Position numbers and translations under genes: made by a program | NCBI RefSeq assembly: GCF_006345805.1 | Contig: NC_043015.1 | Location: forward strand, 21,948,001-22,012,000 | DNA length: 64,000 bases | Origin: Octopus sinensis | Lineage: Eukaryota | Reading direction: 5' to 3' | Notes under the pieces: generated by a model | Seen by the model: the letters and a program-made list of their open reading frames with translations, nothing else | Databases searched by the model: none | What the model was told of the DNA's origin: nothing | Shown: one piece after another, positions 38,756 through 53,711 of the stretch | Position numbering within the stretch: the first letter of the stretch is position 1 | How the letters are laid out: every line of letters starts with the position of its first letter

Positions 38756-41700
38756 ATGAGTGTGTGTGTATGTGTGTGTGTGTGTGTGAGTATATATATA
38801 CTGCCGTTTTATATTTTCTGTTTTAAATACTTATCAAATACAATACAATATTTCTTCTTCAACATTTTTTCTTCTTTATGTCTCGTCATCTGTCTAGTTC
38901 ATTAATTCCTAACTTTCTCCTATTATTATTATTATTACTTTTTTGTGGTTTAACTATCTTATGAGTGTTCATTATAGTATCAATATTTGTATTAATAACT
39001 TTCTTCTTATGGAGGCTGCCTAGTCGCGTTTTTCACATCAAGTTTTAAGGAAATATTTCCACTCCATCAGTGAATTATGTCTAACATAATTTCAAGTTAC
39101 TCGCAATATCAACAACATATTTCATACGAATGTGGTGTAATCTACTCATGTTAGTTGTGCCTATAAACGAATAATGAATATTTAGGATTTCAATTTAACA
39201 ATCACCTGTTTTCTTCTAATGTTTTTACAGTAGAAATTCAATTACTCATGATATTTTTAGTTACGTTATCAGTTTCTATTTTACCATTTGTTGGTTATCT
39301 TAAAATCGGCTGTACATGTTTTTAAAGTGTAGAGAGACAAATTATTTTTGTATATTTGGAAGTGTAAACCTTAATCAGTGTTGTGACTTAAAACAGACGT
39401 TCTTGCCCAATGTTACTTTTGCAGCTTTTTCTGATCGTTGAGTATACTTTGAATAAAATTGTTTAACTGTTAGATGGTATTGGAAATACTTTGACACGTT
39501 TTTATGAATGTGTCATCAACATTTATGTTTAGTTTGCTATATTTTGATAAATTCTTGCATTGTTTCTCTATCTTATGACGGCAGACCGACCGAATTGTTA
39601 GAGAGTGAGCGAATACCTTGTGATATATATTTTTTCTTTCACTGCGCTCTTATTTCAAATTCTCGCGCGCGATATCAAATCTTCATTTTCTCAATTTAGG
39701 GTCGGTAAATATCGAACACAAATACAAGATTGTGGATTAGCTGAATTATCAGAGAACTGAACGAGATTTATCATGAAATTTGTTCCAGCTGTTTGCGTGC
39801 TAAATTAAAATTCCGAATACATTCAAATGTAACCGTTAACATCCTAGTCACGAAATACAATGCACTATGAAAGACACAACGGTTAGAAAAAAAGAAACGA
39901 TTACTGTTTGTAGGTGACCATTGAGAATAATTTCTTTCTACCAGAGTTTGGTATTGAACTTGCGTTAAAAATCACACTCACCCTGACTAAAAACATATAC
40001 CCACTTATACACTATATAGCCTATCTTCGTTGACGTTACATATTTATATATTTTTTTATAATCATGCCCTTAGTAAAAGTACTTTTGTCTAAAGATGTTT
40101 TTGTCAAGTTGATGTCATTTTTCGGTATCATTTTGCCTAAATATTTTATTGATTTCCTGTTCCTCCTTTAAATATTTAATATTTTCTAATATTCAAACCC
40201 TTTTCGTTATGTGTAAAATGTGATATTAAAACAAGGTTTTGTTCAACAAAATTTGCTTTAAATATTTTTATTCTTTTTAATACTAATTTCAGAACTTGTT
40301 ATGTTGTTATCGGATTTACTCCCCAATACATAGCACAGACTTCACGTTATTTGCCGAGGTATTTACTCTCTTAGTAAATACGAAATAATTTATAAATTTG
40401 ATTGTAATGAAAATAGAATTTTCTTCAACAGAATGAATTGCTAATAGACATCATCAGCGATATGGCGAATTCGAAAATTGTCTTGTAGTAATTCACCTCA
40501 CAGTAGACAGCTTTGTACTTTTCTATTCCACTGTCGATAGATAATAAACCGCGCTTGAAGTGTAGGAAGTCAGAAAAATTAAAGCTCCAAACTGGATACT
40601 ATGCGGTATTTCTTCCCGTTATCAGCGTTCTGATTTCAAATCCTGACTTGTCCAACTTGGTTGGTGGATTTTTCTGGCATGTTACATTTTTTTTGGTGCC
40701 TGGAGAGAAGGAAATCTTTGTTTTATGCTCTATTGAAATCTTCCTGATTAGGGTTCCAGTTGAAGAATATATTCCACCAAACACAACGCTAAAAATCCCT
40801 TTGAATGGTTGCGTATACCGAGCATGTACATGACAAATGATACGAAACAAAAGGTGAAAGGTAAATTAATACTAACAAATTTAATATCATGAAGCAAACA
40901 AAAAAACTTAACCCGATCTTATTTTAGTACTTTCAGCAGTTACATGATATAAATACGATAACTTGATACCGGCTGCGACTATTTCTGGAGAGCAATCAGC
41001 AGTCTCTGTGTGAATATACTTAATAAACCAACTCAGGGTGAAGGAATTGTAACTATGGGTTCTATTTTTATTAGTCACAGAAGTACAACATATAAATATT
41101 TTGAGTCAAAAGGAGGAAATTTTCCTGAGATCCGATGCCTAACAGGATTGACTGCAATAGAAGAGGGCAATAAAGAAATAAGAAGAGACCCCTCTAAACA
41201 AATCTAAGAAGCAACTGATGATATTGAACGCGAATAAGAATCGAACCCGCTAATGGGTTTCAAACACAATTTGCCTTTACGACACACGCTCACAAGGCAG
41301 AAATCGTATGGTTTAGTTAGAATAAATATTAAATCACTTTATCTCTAAAACGTTTGGACTTCTACTGTAGAGCATGCTGCAATAAATACGACAAATTGTA
41401 CTTTTGCATCTAATATCTGCTTCGTTTTTAATACTTTCTCATATAAGTTACCTATCACTTCACCTCCGAATGATTTCCTGAACTTCTAATGTATTATACA
41501 TAAGTTATTTATGTTAAACTTACGGAAATGTAGACACAGAATGATTTGTTTGTTCAAGTTTTTTCGGCTTATTTTATTCCCAATTCTGTTAGACCTTTCC
41601 TGTAGTCGCATCATTTACGAAGCTGTTATAATCTATATACAGAACGCGTCATGAATAAATTAGGAAATGTTACTAACTGTCTCATTTTCGTTCTTCAAGT

Positions 41701-41869
41701 CGGCACTTTAATGCAGATAGGTTTCTCTAAATCTATGTCACATAAATTCACAAAAAGTCACACACCAACACAATAATATGCATAGCAACATTTATACATA
41801 CGCGTATATAAAACATAGTTTTGTGAACCCTTAGGTATAATTTATATACGTAAGGAAATATATGTAAGA

Positions 41870-41919
<50 letters not shown>

Positions 41920-42099
41920 CTACATATATACATGCATATGCATATGTATGTGCATCTATATATGTATGTATACATACGTACATCCATATATATATATATA
42001 TACCTACGAATATATACATATATATATACTTATGTATATATATATATATAAGAGTGTGTATATAAATATGTGTGTGAGTGTGTGTGTTTATATACGTAT

Positions 42100-42760
42100 A
42101 CATACTTTACTCTTAACTGCAATTAAGCGTGTAAATTGTTCCCTAATGTTAGGTTCAATGGCATCACATTATTCATTTGCAATTAAATCTCTTACAGTCG
42201 CTTTTTTTGCAATGTGTCAATCGTTGCTATGGTTACACTATTTACGCAGTCAAAGTATTCTCCATGTGAAGGAATCCACAGTCTAGACGCATTTCCCCCT
42301 GTTGGAAGCGGTGATGGAACATTTTGCACATTGGTGCATTTTAACGCCTCCGTCTTTTTTTTCTTCATATCTTCCACATCAATAAATTCCCTAGTACCAC
42401 CTTTCGTCACTAGTGATGACATTCGAAAAGGTTTCAGGTCAACGTTCACCAGTCATGACTGCTTTTGATCTTCTGTGAACAAACGGGGAACATATTTTAC
42501 GGCAGCAATTCATTCGCAATTCCTCGCTCAAAATTCATTGGCAGGAAATCCAGTCATATCAACAAGTACCTCCACTGTTCATTGACCGTCCTCCAGGATC
42601 AATTAATGAATTTCAATGACGTTTTCATTTGTTCGGGTCATCGATGGTGATCCCGGACGAGGTTGTTCTTCAAACAACAAGTGTCCATTCCTAAAACGTG
42701 GAAATCCCGTGTAAACATGTATTTTGCTCATGGCAGCATCCTTGTAAGGTTTTTTAAAAC
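42100..42760 (-). mobile_element. Decayed mariner transposase (N-terminal HTH region to catalytic start)
   Basis: KPYKDAAMSKIHVY..FRNGHLLFEEQPRPGSPSMTRTNENV..LILED..AAVKYVPRL.TEDQK..SSLVTKGGT; resembles GRPS, WVPRxL and I(I)TGDETW motifs. Confidence 0.8.
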
Positions 42761-42771
42761 ATAACATCGCT

Positions 42772-42910
42772 AAACAATTGGTGTCGGTGTGTTTATGTTC
42801 ACGCAACTTAGCGGTTTGGCAAAATGATCCGATAAAATAAGTACTAGGCTTTAAAAATAAAGGCAGTACCCAGCATGGCCGCTGTCAATTGACTGAAACA
42901 CGAAATAAAA
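42772..42910 (+). mobile_element. Family-2 SINE 3' half
   Basis: acttagcggtttggcaaaa..ataagtactaggc..ccagcatggccgctgtcaattgactgaaaca. Confidence 0.8.
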
Positions 42911-42922
42911 TCAAACATTATA

Positions 42923-42980
<58 letters not shown>

Positions 42981-42981
42981 A

Positions 42982-43032
<51 letters not shown>

Positions 43033-43034
<2 letters not shown>

Positions 43035-43238
43035 TTATATTATATTAGAGACAAAACCACTATTATGCAATTCAAAGAAAGAAAGACTTAAGCCAATACA
43101 TAAAATAATTTATATAAATTTAAATTTAACAATTATAATTGTTAAATTTTAATTTATATAAATTATTTTATGTATTGGCTTAAGTCTTTCTTTGTTTGAT
43201 TTGCATAATAGTGGTTTTGTCTCTAATATAATATAATA
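43033..43238. repeat. Spacer-less palindrome, 103-bp arms
   Basis: Centre ttaacaatta|taattgttaa at 43135/43136, about 3 mismatches. The right arm continues into a repeat also seen at 59810-59960. Confidence 0.95.
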
Positions 43239-43315
43239 TTTTACTATAAAATTGGATTCAATCCTAAATCTGATTTTTCCCTGTGAATTTGGATTTATTC
43301 CCTAATATTTATTAT

Positions 43316-43347
<32 letters not shown>

Positions 43348-43376
43348 CATACATATATATATGTATACATATGCAC

Positions 43377-43408
<32 letters not shown>

Positions 43409-43448
43409 ATATATATGCAGATACACATTCATATATATACACCCACAC

Positions 43449-43503
<55 letters not shown>

Positions 43504-44389
43504 TAAGTGGATAGATGCATAATGAATAAATGTATATCCACACACGTACACGCCGGTTCTCTCTGCGTTTCGCCACGAGCACACATTAGATACCCTATGA
43601 AATATTTTATATAATCTAATAAACAGAACCACCTACAAACACAAGAAACTTCAAACCACTCTGGTGGAAAATAACGTCAGAAAAACTTAATGTTTTTTTT
43701 TGGGATGCGCGTGTTTTCATGTGTGCGTATGGTTTTTGTATGATTTGTGTATGTGTGTATGTACATTCGCTGCTTATGAACTTACATATACAAGTATTCA
43801 TTCATAAGACCATATGTCTTATATGTTTAGTTTCTATATTACTTACGTTTGTATGAGTATTTATGTCTCTGCATATGTCTGTTGATTGATGTGTATGTAG
43901 CTCTCTGTGAGCGCACTCCTATGTGTGTATATGGGCGTATGTGTTTGTTTGTACAAGAAATATGAATATACTGATATGCTTCTCACAAGGATAGATTATT
44001 TTCTGCATATAAATGAAATATGGCGTCTGGTCTACAAATAAGGCAAAGCATCAAAATACATTCCATTTGAAATTTATTCCTGAGATGGTTTGATTATTTT
44101 CTTATTTTAGTTTTTCTAGATTTTTGATTTATTTAATTTTAAGTAAAAATATATAAAATGAGTAATTTATTGAAATTCCACGCCACATGAAATATGTCAG
44201 AAATTTCCTGATAGTATTTGCACAGTTTTACTAAAAGTACTCCAAAGTACCTTAAAGCAGCAAGACACTGAAATTAGTTAACGTATGTGCAGACGTGCCT
44301 GTGTGGTAAGAAGTATACACATGCATATGCGTGTATGCGTGTATGCACATTTATATATATATTCGCCATTATTGATCGCTAGCCACTAC

Positions 44390-44530
44390 ACATTTATTTT
44401 CTATCCTTGTTTATTTCTGTGTTCCTGTCTGTGGAAGAGCGTAGGCTCGAAACGTTTAAGACGTTTTCACTCCCCGAGAGTTATACTAATACATCTGTTT
44501 GTTGTCTACAACACCTGTCCTCGTCTTTTA
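44390..44530 (+). mobile_element. PLE-type terminal repeat with a decayed hammerhead (44429-44460)
   Basis: CTGTGGA A GAGC-GTAG-GCTC GAAACGT; aligns to the reverse complement of 21570-21720. Confidence 0.55.
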
Positions 44531-44569
44531 TTTAGTTTTTTGTGAATTCTCCCTATACATATATATACT

Positions 44570-45490
<921 letters not shown>

Positions 45491-45537
45491 ATATTGTTAT
45501 TATATGACCGAACGCACGCGTTGTTTCTCTTCTCCAA

Positions 45538-45609
<72 letters not shown>

Positions 45610-45627
45610 CATCAATATACACTCTTA

Positions 45628-45928
45628 CCATATAGTTTCTGGTTCAGTCCCACTGCGTAGTACCACATTAAGTGACTTCTGCAAGAGCAATGGGCCGACC
45701 GAAGCCTTGTGAATGAATATTATAGACGTAAACTGAGAGAAGCCTGTCGTAAATGTAAAAGTATCATTATGTTTGGGTGTGTTTTACATTTCTATCATAG
45801 AAATCGAGAGAATAGATGCCATGCTTAAAGAAATATATATACAATTCGAGTGACTGAAGCACTTCAAAGCGGATACCACCCCCACAGCATGGCTGCAATC
45901 CAATGACTAAAACAAGCAAAAGATAAAT
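45628..45928 (+). mobile_element. Family-2 SINE, diverged, near full length
   Basis: ggttcagtcccactgcg..gggccgaccgaagccttgtga..cagcatggctgcaatccaatgactaaaaca. Confidence 0.75.
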
Positions 45929-47665
45929 ATATCTGTATTATTTGTTAATTTATATTCCGTCATGTCAATTTCGATGTTAAAGAGAAACGCTATCAGTGGC
46001 ATATTTACTTTTTCTGATATCAAATGTTAATGATGAACGATGGAAAAAAATATCTTATGATTGCTAGATATAGTAACCGAAATCTCCTCTTATCAAATGC
46101 TATCGTCTTCAATACAAGCAAAATGCATTACTGCCGGATGAAAGCATTAAGTATTGATGGTTAGAGTGCCTCTGCTCGCCGTCCACAGCAGACTCATATT
46201 TGTAAGTTGCTAAACTGTAGCAACAACAACAATACATTGGCGGTAATATAGCAAAAACGTTCAGAGCAGTGATCATAATTAATTCGCGCACTATGATGGG
46301 GACATGTCACAATCTTCCTAATGTGTAATTGGCCTTGTTATGTCTCACAACTCTAATTAGCTTAATTGTAATTTATTTGGTTTGCTCTAGACCAGTTTGT
46401 TATTTTATGGCGGATTTTCAATTCTCTATGATGTTTCGGTCCCTGAATAAATTCGGTTTATTTTCTCACATAGAACAAAGTGATTAGGGATTCAGACTAG
46501 GCGACTGTTAGACTTCTCTATTCTGTAACGATCACACATATATCAAGCGTTGCTAATTAGCCTAATTGCAAGTCATTAGGGTCTACTCTAGATGGTTTCG
46601 GTCATTTCTCATTAAATTACTTGAAATTTCAGTTTTGGAAACTCATAGTTATTCCCCTTTACAAATCTCTCATGGTTTCCAACCGAATTGATTTACTGAG
46701 TTATGGTTACCAATGTAGATTATATTTGTAATCTTATAGATTACATATTAATCTCCTAGGAGTCGAACACATTTTTTTTCGTTTAACTTGAACTGATACG
46801 ATTATTGTATGTAGAATGCCATATTATGAGGAATGAAGGAATTTTACAACATCAGAGCACGTTTCGATAGCCACGTGATATGACATCGTGTGGGAAATAA
46901 TCTGGCTCTGCGATACCATGTTATCTGGTTCCACCTTAGTATATGTCAATTTAGTTATATATATTGTACCCAAAAACTGAACCGATCAATCCTCTACCAC
47001 CAAAAGTACTTTGTTTGTCGGAGACTGTGAAAAGGCATCATGGATCCGATCTCACTATTATTGAAATTTAACTCTTACTAGTCTCTCGATTAGTCACCAT
47101 ATCCTATTTTCAAGAACCTAATCACGCATTTGGAGATTATTCATTCAACTGCAACTCTGGTTCCAATTGCTACCAACCCCCGAGTTGCAAAACTTTTCAC
47201 CAGCTCACCAACTTTGACAGTACACTCATTTTGAAAAATATACCGATATTCCTTTCAATTGGAACGCAGGAAAATTTCTTTCAAAAGGTAAGACCAAAGT
47301 CAACATCATATTCTGTAGATATCCTCATTTCCTGACTCAAAGGAAAACCCTCAATGTCAATACAATTCATTATCCTGAACGTAGCGTGCATAGTGCAGAA
47401 TTGCTTAAATCGCATAACAGCTGTTCAATGGCCACGAAATAATCACGCTTCTATTATATGCTGGCAAAAGAAGAGATCAACTAAAACTCACTTCATAACG
47501 TTACGGATGATAAACAAACTACCAAAGAACAAATAAAAAAATTCGCTATTCACGTAATGGGAAAGGATGTATTCATAAACATGCCACCACAGACGTCTGA
47601 CCTGTTATTCGCCAAATTTGCATCTGAAATAGTTGGCTTCATTACAAGTGGCAATATTAATAAGG

Positions 47666-48062
47666 AGGCATAAGCTGACGGAATCGTTAGCACGCCGAAC
47701 TACATGCTTAATGACGTTTCGTCCGTCTTTACGTTCTGAATTAAAAATGTCGATGTCAACCAAATAAATACCAGCTGAATCCTGGGGTCGATGTGATCGA
47801 CTTATCCCCTTCCTTGAACGTGTTGGCCTTGTGTCAGAATTTGAAACCAATTCTAATCAGGCGGCGAGCTGGCAGAATCGTTATCGTGCCGGCCAGCATG
47901 CTTCCGTTCGTCTTTAATTTCTGATTTTAAATCTTGCTTCAATCGACTTTGCCTTTAATCCTTTCCTTGGTTGTTAATATAAGTACCAACTGAGCAATGG
48001 AGTCGATGTAATCGACTTCCCCACTCCAAATTTGCTGGCCTTGTTCCAGAATTTAAAACCCA
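47666..48062 (+). mobile_element. Two tandem diverged family-1 SINEs
   Basis: Heads at ~47666 (gctgacggaatcgttagcacgcc) and ~47859 (ggcggcgagctggcagaatcgtt). Confidence 0.75.
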
Positions 48063-48649
48063 AATGAATAAGCAGTTACACAGACATCCATGTTTTTTTC
48101 TCTGTGACTCTATAATATATATTCGTGTGTATATGTGTGTGTGTTTATACATGATGCTCACTTCATTTTGACAGACGATATCAATCTGAATCGATTTATA
48201 TCATGCTGTACATCTGCATGCTGTCATATGGCAACACACTGCTCCATTTACATAGTTACAGAACTTTAACAGACAGACAAGATGAACCAGGTGAATCGTG
48301 ACCTCTGTATGCCAGTGGATTATCGAAAATTACTCTTTTATAACACATATACCTCTCTCTCTAAGAATCAATAATTCCAATCTAATAAGAAAATTTGGAA
48401 TCTGGCATGAATCTGTAACAACTGCAGTTCTGCCTTCTGGGTGATTTCTGTTAGACTTCTCGCAAATACAAAACAAACAAAAAAACCCATCACGTAGCGG
48501 GCATTTTCACGAAGCATATCGGCACAGGACTGGATGCCGTTTGAGTTACAAGAGTTCCAAAATTTTTAACGAGTCTTGCTGATTGGTTCTGCAGGGAGTT
48601 CAAAGGTCAGGGTCCTCGCCATGCAGATTTTGTTGCCTATTCATATATA

Positions 48650-48902
48650 CATACTTGCGAATATACATACAAGTATACATACATACACACAAATACATGC
48701 ATACATAAATACATACATAGACATACATACAAATATGCATATATAAAATAAACAAGTCTGCACATACGTACATATATACATACTTACATTCATACATACA
48801 TACTTACATACATTCGTACATACATACATACATACATACATACATACATACATACATACATACATACATACATACATACATACATACATACATACATACA
48901 TG
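48650..48902. repeat. (TACA)n microsatellite
   Basis: Directly visible. Confidence 0.9.
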
Positions 48903-49881
48903 GGATATGTAACACATTGCCTAAATACCAATTTTGAGAAATAAGACTTCGCAAATTAAGAAAGGTGAAAGCTAATTCGAAGACTATAGATCAAATCCAT
49001 CACTGTAAAGAACTGTAAAACTTTGCAGAAGCTAATAATTCAGAGATATATATAAGTGTGTCTAGACATGCAACTATATGCAGGAGAATACATACATAAA
49101 GCAATTCTAATCTGCACATACACACAACCAAATATACTTTGCTTATGTTGAAATTCCAACGAAGGAGTTTTTATGTAGGTTAGAAACCGGTTCTTTCCCT
49201 ATTGGCAAGAAATCTTGAAATAAACTGAATACTGACATAGACATATGTGGTCAGAAAGATGCAGGAGAAGACGAAGAGTATATCTTAGGAATATTGACTA
49301 GAAGTTTGAAAATGCTGTACCTAAAATATACATTCAGATTCATATTGTATTTGCAGCAACAGAGCAAGTTCCATTCTGCCGGGAGCAAAGTATTACTGAA
49401 ATTGAATTCTTGGGAGGAGAACGCAAAATCAAAGATATAAACGATTCTGATATGTGAGACAATAAATATCTGCAAACCTCCTTAAGTTTTTAAAGGATGA
49501 TAAACAAAACAAGATGTTTTCATTCACGCAACCATACTATCAAGCAGGTAGCCTGTTAAAATTATTTTAAAGTTGAAAAAAGAAATAGAAAACGAACATA
49601 CATACGTTATACATGCATCCACAATACTTGATATATCGGAGGGAGATGTATATTTTTGCCTAAGGAGATTCAACTAATGTAGCTACATAAGCGTGTTATT
49701 AAATAGTTCATCGCTGCGTAAATCGCTAATATGATACGTTCTTCTGTTTGTTCACCTAATAGTAACTCTTTCCCTTTCTCTCACTCTCTCTACAAACTTT
49801 CTCACTCACTGTCTCCACTCACACATACCCCACCACACATATATACACATATATATATTTATGTATATATATATATATATA

Positions 49882-49933
<52 letters not shown>

Positions 49934-50518
49934 GTGTGTGTATACATATGTATATACATATATACATATACATGCATATACACATGCACACACACAGACA
50001 CACACACACACATATATATATTTATAGATTACGTTTTAAAATATATCATTAGAGATGTTTGTTTTGATTGATTGCGTTGTTAGACAATAAGGGCCTGGGT
50101 TGCAATGTTTTTTATTGCTAGAATATATCACCTCTAATCTCCACAACATGTCCATCCTGATGCTGCTGTGAAAGGGTTACTAACATTTCGAAGTGATTGT
50201 CTTTCTGATTGTTTTTCTGTGTAAAATACTCTGAGTAGAGGGTACATAAATGTTTCGCAAGAGATTCGAAACCCTGCCGATCAAAGCGAATAGTTGCATA
50301 AATTAAATACATTTGCGTATATCATATATAAATGCCCCGGAAATCAGTATTTGTGTCTTCGTAATAAATTATTGAGAAATTTTATCGCAACACTATCATA
50401 CGTTCTGAGCAATATATATATATATATACGTCTACAAATTCTCTCAATGCTGAGTGCTTTATTGATATCTGCCAGGATTTTTAATCCCTTTTTTCGTTTA
50501 TTATCATCATGGTTTTCG

Positions 50519-50653
50519 AGGCGGAGAGCTGGCAGAATGGTTAGAACGTCGGGCGAAATGCTTCACAGTATTTTGTCTAGCACTAAGCTCTGAATTCAAA
50601 TTCCACCGATGTCGACTTTTTTTCCCATCCTTTCGGGGTCGATATATTGAGTA
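50519..50653 (+). mobile_element. Family-1 SINE, 3'-truncated
   Basis: ggcggagagctggcagaatggttag..aattcaaattccacc..catcctttcggggtcgat. Confidence 0.8.
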
Positions 50654-51321
50654 TATATATTATTCTGAAAGGATGGAAAAAAAATATATTATTCTGTATT
50701 TTACATGACGTACAATATCTATGCGAAACACCTCATCGAATAAAAGTTACACGAGCAATTTATCTCCGCTTTACTCCGAACATATACACCCTGCGATGGT
50801 CTCGATAATCTACCTTATCTATCCAGCTTCAACGTATTCGCAAATTTAGCAATGGATTCTAACTTAACATGTCTCCATCTATCACCAGTAAACATCTGTT
50901 TATAAATACATGGCCGACGAGCCTTACGCATGAAATGCTAATAACTTATTTCTCAATTTCGTTCGGTTAGATTGACTAAACGCATTGATATAATTGGGAT
51001 AACCTCACGTACAACGTTTTTCATTCTTACCATTTGGGAATGGTACTCGACACCAGAAACAATTCGTAGATGTACGGTAATATTTATTTTGGAAAATTCC
51101 AATCTGGCACCATCTGTGTTATTGATCTCCATTCATTGTATTAACAATATCCTATTGCAGAATTTAATGTCTGGCTGAATAATCTATAGGTTTTATTAGT
51201 GTTATATATATATATATATGTGTGTGGTGTGTGTGTGTGTATGTATATATATATATATATAATATATATATACACACACACATTTCTCTATTCAGTCTCT
51301 ATAGTCAACTCTCTCTCTATA

Positions 51322-51422
<101 letters not shown>

Positions 51423-52346
51423 CGTATGCATGGATGTATGTATACGCACTAGCTAATTACTGAATGCGTCTTATATATGAGCGTCATGATGCCAAAGTAT
51501 ATTCTTCCATGTTAGCACAAAGTCGTATTGACCATACTACTATTTTTGCACTAATATTCTAATTTAACGAATTATTCATGGATATGACTGGATATTCTCT
51601 TTCCTTAGAAAAGTTTGCAAATATATTTGAGCAGATTCTTTAACGGAGGTTACAAGATATAGATCTATGCATATTGACATCGATCTAGTCATCCGCTATT
51701 TCGCGATCGTATTGTCTATCAAACCGAATGTCCATACCTAAATATGTGAGCTTTAACTTCACCACATTGTTCTCCATATGAACCTATTGCGCATTTTAAT
51801 GTTGACTCAGCACCTACACGTACGCACGTACACGTGCGAGTACACACACATACACACACATACAAAATTAGACACACATATAGACACACGCAATTAGACG
51901 TGCACAGATACACGCAAATGGGCACGCACTCACATTCGTGCGTCCATATAAATGGGCAAGATAATGGAAACAACACCTTATATAAAGTGTCTATTTGCAA
52001 TATTGCAAGTATTAAACTGTTCTGATCTCTTTGTGTATGTCTTCATATGCATGATCTACATTATTCTGTATGATATAACACACTATTTTATTATTATTTT
52101 TAGTTTAACTACTATTTATATATTAAAAGAAACCAGAATGAATGCCTACTCTGATTTCTAAAAAAATAGAAATTATTGGAGCGCCGATGGTTGGAGCTTC
52201 AATCACGAATATTGCTGAAACAATATCTAAAATCATATTACCATTCTAAAGTCAAGGTAATAACCAGCTCTCCTTAGCAGAATTCTACACAAAATGCAAA
52301 GCACAATACAAGGCATGTAGAATATTGTAAAAACTTATTACCGAAG

Positions 52347-52386
<40 letters not shown>

Positions 52387-52406
52387 CACGCAGACACGCA
52401 TATAGA

Positions 52407-52468
<62 letters not shown>

Positions 52469-53711
52469 ATATATATACATATATATATACATATAAGAGA
52501 ATTTTTAATGGAGATACTTATCCGTGCGTAGTACAACTGTTTTTGTTATGAGCGAAGGAGTAATAAAAAACTTTATATGATCCTATAACAATTTCGCTTG
52601 TTATATTTTTAATCATTCATCGTCCACGCACCACTTAAGTCTATTGAATCGATTTATCTCCTCACCCGAACTAGTAAGTCTAGTGTCAAAATTTGCAACC
52701 AATTTTGTGTTTGGGGGGATCAAGTGTTTGCTTAACATATTCGATCAAGTATCGAAGTTAAATATCTTGCAAATTTTTCATCACATACATACTGATGATG
52801 TAACTGAAACAGAAGTGAGTCTTTTCGAATGAATTAGAGGTCTTTTAAGGCCTACTACCTAGCAATAAAAAGAAGTGTCAGACCGGAAACCTGAATCGAA
52901 TAATTGCCCAAGTGAGTTTGAATTTATTTATTTATGCTAAACCGGTCGATGGTCATATCTGCAATCTATGGTCTACAGTGTTACACGAACTGGCTATCAC
53001 TCTCCATCGAGCGGATTTCACTTGCATGTCATCTCTATCGATCATAGACTATAGTACTTGATTCTAATTCAGAAAAGAAACAATAAAATTTGTGCGGAGG
53101 AATTTATCCATGCGGTCAAACTCACTACGGATGAAAGATTGGCAAAGTTGGAATTCGAAGCGAAGAAGGAAAGCACGTAAAGTAAAAAGCTGATGAGCCT
53201 GTGCCTATATCAAAACCCTTTTTGATTTTTAGTAATAAGAGAATAATCCCAAATTTGTGAGAGTGTATTAAGTACTTGAGAAGTGCTTTGTTATGTCTTT
53301 GTACATGAAAATGAAAGAAGTCGACTGCGGCAGGATTCGAAACTGATAGGGCACAAATGTTTCTTCACGAGAGAAAGTGATGGAAAATTATCTCCATTTC
53401 TACTGGACTGGTATTTTATTTATGAAACCAGGAAGGACGAAAGGCGGAGTAGATTACTCGCTTCATTCGATCTCCTGATACAAAGAACCGGAAACAAAAT
53501 CTCGTAAAGTATTCTCCAACGCTATAATGATTAGCAATCACTGTCTAATGGACATTATATTAAATTACAGGTGGTTTTAGTTCCGTTAACATCATGTTGC
53601 GTAGGACCTGAACACAGGTGTTGCCAAAAATGCAATTCGACGATGGTAAAACACTAGTCTGTACAATATGTGCATAGTGATTATAAAGGTGGGGTAACGT
53701 TTAAATATATT

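Noticed and set aside
40513-41207. Non-repetitive ORFs (106 aa +, 83 aa -, 65 aa +)
   Set aside because: Overlapping open frames on both strands, no recognisable domain, and no consistent splice chain.
46109-46291. TM-like segment followed by CCCC (minus ORF)
   Set aside because: The Cys run derives from a short (CAA)n repeat, and no frame-compatible neighbouring exons were found.
52158-52234. Candidate minus exon DIVSAIFVIEAPTIGAPIISIFLEIR upstream of the EGF-like candidate
   Set aside because: Its end phase (0) puts the next candidate exon out of frame (stop after 5 codons).
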